A stretch of 64,000 nt of DNA from assembly GCA_049472335.1 (NCBI GenBank), contig JBLIRO010000002.1:80949-144948 (forward strand), written 5' to 3'. The DNA comes from a bacterium (GTDB lineage Bacteria > SZUA-182 > DTGQ01 > JAFGSM01). The notes under the pieces were generated by a model. The model saw nothing but the letters and a program-made list of their open reading frames with translations, searched no databases and was not told the DNA's origin. A program made the position numbers and the translations under genes. This document shows, piece after piece, positions 22,509-30,538 of the stretch (its first letter is position 1; each line of letters starts with the position of its first letter).

Positions 22509-23304
22509 CTTTACCCTCTAAGTATCTAATGGCCTGCTCTACCGACCAGTCGTGATGTACCATCTGACTGATGGCCCAGACAAGTCTTTTGGGATCTCTG
22601 TGCTGAAAGGCGTTTCTTCCTATGGAAACCCCTCTTCCCCCGGCATCGAGAGACCCCTTTACCATTTCCATTACCTGCATATCAGTCTCCATCTTTTCCC
22701 CTCCCGCGATAACGACAGGGACAAAACATCCTTCTACAACCTGAGAAAATGTTTCAGGAGAACCTGTATAGGCAACCTTTACGATATCCGCACCAAGTTC
22801 GGCCCCAATCCTGGCGGCATGTTTAACAACCTTAGGGTCATACTCGTTTTCAATCTTAGGCCCTCTCGTATACATCATGGCTACCAGGGGCATGCCCCAA
22901 TCCCTTGTTACCTTCGCGACAGAGCCAAGATCCTTAAGCATGGACTTTTCATCATCCGATCCGATATTCACATGAATGGATACGGCATCGGCGCCGAGCC
23001 TGACTCCCTCTTCCACGGAACAAACCAAAACCTTGGCGTTTGGATCAGGGGAGAGGACGGTGCTTCCGGAAAGGTGAATGATCAAACCGACGTCCGCGCC
23101 ATGGCCTCTATGTCCGGATTCCACAACCCCTTTATGTATGATTATGGCATTTGCGCCACCCGCTGCTATCTGGTTGACGGTTTCCTTCATGTCAATAAGT
23201 CCGGGTATTGGTCCCAATGTTATGCCATGGTCCATGGGGACAATAACGGTCCTTTTTGAATTCCGGTTCATGATCCTTTCAAGACGGATCTGTTTGCCGA
23301 TCAT
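22501..23304 (-). CDS. aroA': 2-amino-3,7-dideoxy-D-threo-hept-6-ulosonate synthase (class I aldolase, AroA')
   Basis: [35 protein letters not shown]; translationally coupled to DHQS II. Confidence 0.88.
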   Translation of the reverse strand: MIGKQIRLERIMNRNSKRTVIVPMDHGITLGPIPGLIDMKETVNQIAAGGANAIIIHKGVVESGHRGHGADVGLIIHLSGSTVLSPDPNAKVLVCSVEEGVRLGADAVSIHVNIGSDDEKSMLKDLGSVAKVTRDWGMPLVAMMYTRGPKIENEYDPKVVKHAARIGAELGADIVKVAYTGSPETFSQVVEGCFVPVVIAGGEKMETDMQVMEMVKGSLDAGGRGVSIGRNAFQHRDPKRLVWAISQMVHHDWSVEQAIRYLEGKDG

Positions 23305-23478
23305 CTTTGCACCTCCGATATATAACCATATTTAATTTTAATATGATTCTGTTTTATTAGAGTATATAGTAATTATAAAGGTTATTTGCCTCACAATTAG
23401 AATTACAATTTTTTCATTCTATTAAAATGACAGATCCTTGTCAAACATAAAATTGCATAAAAAGGTGTCTGTCCTTAC

Positions 23479-24966
23479 TTAAAATAAAAGTTTCCCTTTT
23501 TTTAGATTAATGGTTAATTGCTTGCCTAAAAGGGTTTTGTCTTGCATAAAATTTGTTATGTTCTTCAGATCGCAAATAAAGGTATTTTTTACCCCTTCAG
23601 GGGTATGACCATGGCAGATTATATGGCTACCGAACTGAGAGAATCTCTCTATGATAAATGGCAAGGAAATATCCTTTGCCGGAGCGTAGGCCAGGGCTTC
23701 CAGATAAGAGCGATAGCTGCTAAGATCCGTTATTGATGCGTTACCTTCCTGGCATGCGGCTTCGGCTACTGCATAGGAAACCTCCACCAAAAGCCTGTGG
23801 TCGAATGGTTTCGGTATAATGTATGAAGGTCCGAATGAAAGGTCGGCTCCAGGATAAGCTTCTTTAAGATAATCCGGGGCTTCCAGGCGTGCCACAATGG
23901 CAAGCGCTTCTGCCGCAGCCTTTTTCATGGACATGCTTATATATTTGGCCTGAACATCCAGGGCTCCCCTGAAAATGTATGGGAATCCAAGCACGTTATT
24001 TATCTGGTTCAGATAGTCTGACCTGCCTGTGGCCATGATATAAGATCTATTCCCCATAACATTTTTGACTTCTTCAGGTGTGATCTCAGGCTCGGGATTG
24101 GCCATGGCGAAGATACCGGGGTAATCCTTCATGGAAAGGACCATTTCTCCTTTTACAAGCCCTGGGGTAGAGACACCTATGAATACATCCGCTTTTTCGA
24201 GCCCTTCGGCAAGTGTTCTTTTCGATGTTTTTACTGCGAATGCCTTTTTATAGGGATTCAGATCTTCCCGTCCATTATGGATAATCCCACGGCTGTCCAA
24301 TAATAAAAGGCTTTTGACTCCCTCGTTTTTGATTGTTTCCGCGATTCTTATGCCTGCGGCACCGGCGCCGTTTATAACAACCGATAAGTCTTCCATGGAT
24401 TTTTTGGTTAAAAGGGCATAATTTTTTAGCGCCGCTAATGTAATAATGGCCGTTCCCCATTGATCATCATGAAAAACAGGGCAGTCCACACATTCCTGTA
24501 ACCTCTTTTCTACATCAAAACATGCAGGAGCAGCGATATCTTCCAGATTGATTCCTCCATACATTTCTGAAAGGCTTGCTGCTACATCAACCAGCTTGTT
24601 CACATCGGTCTTACCATGTTTCCCCTCTGTTCGGCAATTTTCAAGTGGAACCGGCCAGGCATCTATGCGAGCGAATGATTTAAAAAGTACTGCCTTCCCC
24701 TCCATAACCGGGATACTGGCCCTGGGGCCTATGTCACCAAGCCCCAAGACGGCTGTCCCATCTGTTAAAACTGCCACCAGGTTGCCCTTGGAGGTATATT
24801 TTAAAACATCAGCCGGGTTTTTTTTGATCTCCAAACATGGTTTTGCCACCCCAGGGGTATAGGCAATGCTAAGGGCCCTTTGATCGATAAGATCTTTGAG
24901 TACCTCTACTCCAAGTTTCCCGCCAAGGTGGTATTGAAGAATTTCCAAGTCTGTTATTTGAAGCAT
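23479..24966 (-). CDS. NAD(P)-dependent malic enzyme with short C-terminal extension (no PTA domain)
   Basis: AYTPGVA, TDGTAVLGLG, MEGK, NLEDI, FHDDQ.GTA, GAGAAG, ANPEPEI, ATGRSD, NQINNVL. Confidence 0.92.
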   Translation of the reverse strand: MLQITDLEILQYHLGGKLGVEVLKDLIDQRALSIAYTPGVAKPCLEIKKNPADVLKYTSKGNLVAVLTDGTAVLGLGDIGPRASIPVMEGKAVLFKSFARIDAWPVPLENCRTEGKHGKTDVNKLVDVAASLSEMYGGINLEDIAAPACFDVEKRLQECVDCPVFHDDQWGTAIITLAALKNYALLTKKSMEDLSVVINGAGAAGIRIAETIKNEGVKSLLLLDSRGIIHNGREDLNPYKKAFAVKTSKRTLAEGLEKADVFIGVSTPGLVKGEMVLSMKDYPGIFAMANPEPEITPEEVKNVMGNRSYIMATGRSDYLNQINNVLGFPYIFRGALDVQAKYISMSMKKAAAEALAIVARLEAPDYLKEAYPGADLSFGPSYIIPKPFDHRLLVEVSYAVAEAACQEGNASITDLSSYRSYLEALAYAPAKDISLPFIIERFSQFGSHIICHGHTPEGVKNTFICDLKNITNFMQDKTLLGKQLTINLKKGKLLF

Positions 24967-24995
24967 CGGATGGGTAAGATTTTTAATGGTTTAAT

Positions 24996-25496
24996 TCAAG
25001 GCAGACTTTTTTGACAAAGGGATTCTTTGCATAAGTTTTCAAGGCTGATATCTTCAAAAAAGATCGAAGCTTCTTGTTCGGCCTCTTCCAAGGTCCTTGA
25101 TCTATGGACAAGGTTGTTAACAGCCCTTTCCTCGTTTATTGAACGGGCAATGGAGTCCGTGCTCATACTTCTTATCGTTCCGGGTTTTGCCTTGGAAGGG
25201 TCCGTGTTCCCGACTAAATCTGCAAAATCCTCAACAAACCCTTTCTTGTATTTATATCCTTCTTTTTCCTCCAGGACAAAGACCTTTATATCCCTGCCCC
25301 TGAAAAAATTCAGAAGCCTTTCATAAAAAAAGGCACCTTTGTGCATGGCATAAAGCTGCTCTATCTTATCCATATCAGCCGGCTTGAACGACTTCGATGA
25401 AACAATGCCAGCCATGGACCGGACCATGTACATTATCTTATCTTCCAAGGCTAAACCGTCCGGTTTTATCATAAAAAAGATTCTATTCTTTGACAT
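24996..25496 (-). CDS. Divergent nucleoside-diphosphate kinase family protein
   Basis: IKPDG, YAMHKG..F, GNTDP..AKPGTIR, NLVHRS (canonical NxxHGSD). Confidence 0.8.
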   Translation of the reverse strand: MSKNRIFFMIKPDGLALEDKIMYMVRSMAGIVSSKSFKPADMDKIEQLYAMHKGAFFYERLLNFFRGRDIKVFVLEEKEGYKYKKGFVEDFADLVGNTDPSKAKPGTIRSMSTDSIARSINEERAVNNLVHRSRTLEEAEQEASIFFEDISLENLCKESLCQKSLP

Positions 25497-25508
25497 GTTA
25501 TATCCCCT

Positions 25509-26258
25509 CTAAATGGTTTTTAAGGTATATTTTGCAATAATACTTGTGAGAGCCTGCGAAGCATTACTTTTACTATCTCTATAAGCAATAATATCCTGAT
25601 AATCTGATTCCCAGACCAGATTTCCGGGCGCGATGATGCATTTGCTGCCATCCCGATAGGTTGGCAATATTTTGAAACCAAGGTTGGAAGACGTATCAGA
25701 AAAGAGATAAAAATGCTCTTTGGCTTCCATATAAGAGAAAATTCGGTGCTGTGCAGGGAAATCACCCGGCTCGAACCATAGTTTTATCTCCCTTTCGGCT
25801 TCCTTTGGATCTCCCGAGGCATGGACGGCATTGTCTATCAATTCCTCCTGGTCTACGGAATAATCAGTATAGCTCAATTGGGAGCGTAATGTGATAATTC
25901 CCTCTGTCTTTGCCAACACCTTACAATCCCTCGGTTTGGTAGGACCGAAATATTTTTTTATTCCATCCACAATCCCCGGTGCTTCATAGGTTATGGCCAT
26001 GACCCTTCTCTTATCCGGTTGTGATGGATAGTGGAGTTCGCCCATAATGTACTTTATGGTCATCTCAAAGAAAGGTTTGTCCTTGATATTTGAATAATGT
26101 GCCTCCGCCAGTTCTCTTGTTACACGGACCACCTTGGCCGCGGCAATAACCGGGTTGAGAACAGCGGAAATCCTTTCGATGATAAAACCGGTCAGTGAAT
26201 AAAGAAGGGCATCTGGTTTAATCAATACAAGAGTTTGTTGAGTTTTTTTAGCTTTCAT
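25509..26258 (-). CDS. Divergent nucleoside-diphosphate kinase family protein with C-terminal extension
   Basis: TLVLIKPDA, HY..KPFF, GPT, NAVHAS, EAEREIKLWF, followed by about 85 extra residues. Confidence 0.8.
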   Translation of the reverse strand: MKAKKTQQTLVLIKPDALLYSLTGFIIERISAVLNPVIAAAKVVRVTRELAEAHYSNIKDKPFFEMTIKYIMGELHYPSQPDKRRVMAITYEAPGIVDGIKKYFGPTKPRDCKVLAKTEGIITLRSQLSYTDYSVDQEELIDNAVHASGDPKEAEREIKLWFEPGDFPAQHRIFSYMEAKEHFYLFSDTSSNLGFKILPTYRDGSKCIIAPGNLVWESDYQDIIAYRDSKSNASQALTSIIAKYTLKTI

Positions 26259-26289
26259 GGTTATGTCCTTTATAAGTCCATTATTAATA

Positions 26290-27582
26290 TCATCTTAAGT
26301 AAGAAAGCTCCGCGGGAAGGGGTTGGTCTTTCCCCATGGTATCTTCTCCATAATTGACGCTTGCAAGGATTTCCAGGTCCTTTAGGGCCCTTTTATCGCC
26401 AACGAAGGTAACCGTCTGGATATTATCTCTTGCAATCTTTCCACCGGCCCAGGTAATACTTAAGATACTGCCTGCATCAAATTTGTCCTCTCCTACAATC
26501 ATAAAAACTTCCGAACCATAATGATTTACAACCTTTGAAACCAGAGTGGCGGGCCTGAGATGAAAGCCCAGATTTTTAGGAATGCCTAATGTGACAGATC
26601 CTTTTGAGGTGTAATCATGTAATAACTCCTCAGAGAGATTTTTTCCGTAAGAAACGAATTTTCTGCAGTAATGTAATGCCCAGGTCAGGATGTAGTCCAG
26701 AATGCAATCTGGCTTCATTTCGTTATGTATCTCCTGATGGATTTTCGGATGCCGTTCATAAAAATGGGACCATGCCCGGGCTGCTTCAAGGAGAAGCAAA
26801 GGGATAGAGATATAGTTCTTAAGGTGAGCCAGGCGGGGATCTTTATCTTCTCTGGGCTTATAATTCACATAGGTATCATATACAGATTCAAGGTTGTGCA
26901 TCTCCAATTCGAATTTTCTAATACATTCCTCATTGATAACCTCAGGAAGAAGCAGATCTATATTTTTAAGTGTTGTATTATCTGTGTGACAGGCAACCGG
27001 ATCGAAATTCTGGGCTAGATTTTGATATAAAGAACAGATCTTGGCGATGTCCTTTTCTTCGTCCCCATAATCCGTTTTATCCATATTCACAGGAAGAAAT
27101 GCATTCCCAAGGGAATTAAGTTCTAACAATCCTTTAAAATGGGAATCAGGAAGCTCTATGCCCAGTTTACTCGCATGGCTTAACAATTTATTAAATATGT
27201 AAGTCAAAGCTTTTATATGAAAGTGTTTGACCTGGTCCAGCCCCTGAAAGAATTCACTGAAGTCTTTTAATTCAAGGCTATCAGGAGAATATCTTTTCTG
27301 AATAAACACAATCAGATATCCTGTTTGTCCAAAGCCCCTCGCCGTGGCTACAAGTTCCCTGAAATAAAACCATTTCCTGTTTCGCCGGGCTCCATGGTCA
27401 TCTAAAAAGTCCTCTAAGAGGCGCGCATTGGCTATAAGGATGCTTAAAAAGTTTCGATTAGCTATTTTGATCGCGGATTTTTTGTCCTTTATAATCAGGC
27501 ACTGGCTTAGTAAACCCTGAGCGTATCGCTGGGCAACAGATAGAAAGTTTTTATAAGATATAACAGTTTGACTTAATTTCAT
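26290..27582 (-). CDS. Large protein with C-terminal HPr phosphocarrier domain
   Basis: C-terminal GFHLRPAT (His15 motif) and DAGSILSI (Ser46 motif) after an approx. 325-aa helical N-terminal region. Confidence 0.8.
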   Translation of the reverse strand: MKLSQTVISYKNFLSVAQRYAQGLLSQCLIIKDKKSAIKIANRNFLSILIANARLLEDFLDDHGARRNRKWFYFRELVATARGFGQTGYLIVFIQKRYSPDSLELKDFSEFFQGLDQVKHFHIKALTYIFNKLLSHASKLGIELPDSHFKGLLELNSLGNAFLPVNMDKTDYGDEEKDIAKICSLYQNLAQNFDPVACHTDNTTLKNIDLLLPEVINEECIRKFELEMHNLESVYDTYVNYKPREDKDPRLAHLKNYISIPLLLLEAARAWSHFYERHPKIHQEIHNEMKPDCILDYILTWALHYCRKFVSYGKNLSEELLHDYTSKGSVTLGIPKNLGFHLRPATLVSKVVNHYGSEVFMIVGEDKFDAGSILSITWAGGKIARDNIQTVTFVGDKRALKDLEILASVNYGEDTMGKDQPLPAELSYLR

Positions 27583-27752
27583 CTTTTACCTTTTTCATAA
27601 TCAATCAATATACATTAATGTATTATACCTGCCAATCCTATTATTGTACATTCTTTTATTGTAAATCAAGACATTCTCAAAAGGAAGGATTAATAAGCAT
27701 GGAGAGAAGGAGTCTAGCTAAATTTATAAAATTATAAAAAGATTTGTTGAAA

Positions 27753-27849
27753 GGGAATTTTGAGGCCGCCCTTTTTTACACTTTGATGAAGAATTTTTTT
27801 AAATCATGCCAGTCAGAATAGTCGATGTTTTATGGACGGCCTCTTTCCC
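27753..27849. repeat. Long-loop inverted repeat downstream of the Pro-rich gene
   Basis: GAGGCCGCCC (27762-27771) / GGACGGCCTC (27834-27843), extended by GGGAA / TTCCC. Confidence 0.45.
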
Positions 27850-27898
27850 ACCTATTTTAACAAACCCCCTCTTTTAAAGAAGATAAGTCCCAAGGTTT

Positions 27899-28462
27899 TT
27901 ATAGTATTGGCAATCCCCATATCTGCGCTGGGGTCAGCAGGTTAGCCAGAGGAATGCCAAAGGTCCCGGTTGGATATGTTGCTAAAAATGAAAGATTCCC
28001 CTGTGTCACGAAGGGTCCGAAAACCGATAATTCTATTGGTGACAAGGCGCCAAAACCCGCCGGCAAGCTTATAGGAGCTGGTGCTCCAGTGAGAGGATCG
28101 ATCAAATATGAAGGGGGCCAGGGATTAAGTCCATAGTAAGGATCAAAGAAGGTTATGCCTCCACCCAGAACCGACGGGATATTGTATAGGAGCCATGGAA
28201 ATGATTGAGCAGGATCCCAGGTCATAACCGGCTGGACAGGCAGTATTGTACTGCCGCTCAATTCGGAAAGAAGAGGTGTGGCTAAACCCGTAAGAGGATC
28301 TGCAGGTGAAAACACCGGAGACCAAAGGGGCCATAAAAGGTTATAAGGTGGTATGGCCGACCAGTATTGTGCATTAGCCAAAGGAACGCCAATTAAAGTT
28401 ACAGTAAAAAGAAGAGCTGTTGTTAGTATCCCTAATTTGAGTATTCTTTTTTCCCTTAACAT
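27899..28462 (-). CDS. Secreted Pro/Trp/Leu-rich protein of unknown function
   Basis: Signal peptide ending ANA|QYW; mature part has no K, R, H or C; internal DPLTG repeat; AGGAGG SD. Confidence 0.8.
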   Translation of the reverse strand: MLREKRILKLGILTTALLFTVTLIGVPLANAQYWSAIPPYNLLWPLWSPVFSPADPLTGLATPLLSELSGSTILPVQPVMTWDPAQSFPWLLYNIPSVLGGGITFFDPYYGLNPWPPSYLIDPLTGAPAPISLPAGFGALSPIELSVFGPFVTQGNLSFLATYPTGTFGIPLANLLTPAQIWGLPIL

Positions 28463-29003
28463 CTTAAACCTCCTGAAATTCTAAATCAAAAAAAGAATTT
28501 TATTCTCAAAAAACCAAAAAATTCGGGCAAAGGGAATTTGCGGTTATAAATTGAAATGCCTGAATCTCCTTTTTCCTTAAGAAGAAAAAAGTTATCTTTA
28601 AAAGAAAATACAAAGACGAGAAAAGATGGTCAAGTAAATTTATTTATCACCTCCCTTCGATTTGTTCACTATAAATTTTAACAGGGGCAACAGAAAATGT
28701 AAAGGAGAAAAAATATATTATGGACTTAACTCAAAATAAAACAGTCTGTTATAAAAATAAGAAAAAAAGTTGAGATGTGGTTGCAAATTATCAATTAAAA
28801 TGATAGATTAAAATGCGATTAATCCTTAAGGTATTTTTAAATATTTAACTTAATTGGAAAAAAAACAGCCGCTGCATCTGAGTTTTTACATTAAATTATT
28901 TAAGCGGCCTGGGGGGGTGGTCAATAATTAGCCACCCTCTTTTTATATATATAATAAATAATATAATAATTGAAAGCACCCAAAACGCTTCGGAAAGAAA
29001 ACC

Positions 29004-29426
29004 ATGGAGCAACATGAATCCTACAAGGATCTAAGTGAGTGGTTTGCTGCCTTTAAAGATACCAAAGAAAAAAATCTAGTCGCACTCAGCTTAGGCGAGT
29101 TACTTAAAATCCAAAGAAAGAGGCTGGATATGAACCAAAGACAAGTAGCCAGGGCTTCGGGTATAACTCCCGCCACCATATCCAGATTGGAAAGCGGTCA
29201 GATAAAAGAATTAAAATCAGAGGCATTGAAAAGGTTGGCGGATGCTTTAAACGTAACGGCAGATTATTTGCTGGGCAGGGCCACAAGATCGAATCTGAGT
29301 AATATGTCCGAAAAGGATACTAATTTAGAATATATACTCCATGTCTATAAGAATTTGTCCTTCAAAAAAAGAAAAGAGCTAAGAAATTTCGTAAGTTTTC
29401 TTGAACAACAGGAAAATAAAAAGTAG
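29004..29426 (+). CDS. XRE-family HTH transcriptional regulator
   Basis: RKRLDMNQRQVARASGITPATISRLESG...LADALNVTADYLLG. Confidence 0.88.
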   Translation: MEQHESYKDLSEWFAAFKDTKEKNLVALSLGELLKIQRKRLDMNQRQVARASGITPATISRLESGQIKELKSEALKRLADALNVTADYLLGRATRSNLSNMSEKDTNLEYILHVYKNLSFKKRKELRNFVSFLEQQENKK

Positions 29427-29515
29427 GTATTAAACCCGGATTTTGCATTTGAAGTCTATTACGACTTGAAATCAACCTAGATTTTATATAGAAAAAAGCG
29501 AAAGGTCTGTTGAAA

Positions 29516-30526
29516 TTAAATCCTTTCTTTTTTTTTCTCAATATTTTTATGATAAATATTTGGATATATCTCTTTTAAACAATCAAGACAAATAGTATGA
29601 ATAATGTCTTCATCTGAATGGGTTCTAATATACTCTTCAACAGGATGCCATTGCCCCTTATCATCGCGTATTCTTTTACAATGGCCACAAATGGAAAAGT
29701 TGCCGCTTAAGCTCTTAATCTTGATAAGAGATTCCTGTAAATGTTTGTTTATCTCCTTTAACTCCTCTACTGTTTTCTTTCTTGCTGTAATATCACTGGC
29801 TATGCAGTTTATATATGTAAGATTTCCCTTATCATCAACGCATCTGTTTACTTTCCAAAGCATATCATGGATTTGTCCCTGATGATCGATTATACGGCTC
29901 TCAAAGGATTCTTCCGATCTTACACTCCCAATTAATGCGTCTTTTGTCTTTTTTCTATCCTCAACATGAATAAAGTCCAGAAGGGTCAATCCTGTGCATT
30001 TGCCTGGATCAAGGCCAAAGATCCTCTCTGCGGCAGGATTATAATAGAGAAATCTTGTCTGGTTATCTATGCGAACGATGATATCATCAACACTATCAAT
30101 GAAATTACGGAATTTCTCTTCACTCTTGCGAAGGGATCTGTCCATATTTGCCTTGTAGAAAGCCATCTCTAAATTGATATAAAGGTCCATATCGTCAAAT
30201 GGCTTCAGAATATATCCATAAGGGCCAGTTATTTTAGCGCGATCTAGAATCTCTTCATCGGAATGTGCAGTGACAAAGATGATTGGAATATCTTCAAGGC
30301 CATGGATTTTTTCAGCGGTTTCAATGCCGTCCATATATCCGCTGAGCACAATATCCATAAGTATTAAATCAGGCTTTTCATGCTCGATCTTTTCCAGTGC
30401 CTCCTCTCCTGATGTGACAGTACAACACACAGAATATCCCATATTTTCCAAACATTCTTTGATATCTTCTGCAACTACGAACTCATCTTCAACAATCATT
30501 ATCTTTTTTGTTTTTTTAGCCTCCAT
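29516..30526 (-). CDS. Response regulator with receiver, PAS and C-terminal Cys/His motif
   Basis: IVEDE, PDLILMD, KPF; PAS region; CGHCKRIRD..W...H.ICLDC tail. Confidence 0.88.
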   Translation of the reverse strand: MEAKKTKKIMIVEDEFVVAEDIKECLENMGYSVCCTVTSGEEALEKIEHEKPDLILMDIVLSGYMDGIETAEKIHGLEDIPIIFVTAHSDEEILDRAKITGPYGYILKPFDDMDLYINLEMAFYKANMDRSLRKSEEKFRNFIDSVDDIIVRIDNQTRFLYYNPAAERIFGLDPGKCTGLTLLDFIHVEDRKKTKDALIGSVRSEESFESRIIDHQGQIHDMLWKVNRCVDDKGNLTYINCIASDITARKKTVEELKEINKHLQESLIKIKSLSGNFSICGHCKRIRDDKGQWHPVEEYIRTHSDEDIIHTICLDCLKEIYPNIYHKNIEKKKERI

Positions 30527-30538
30527 TATTCTTGCTTA

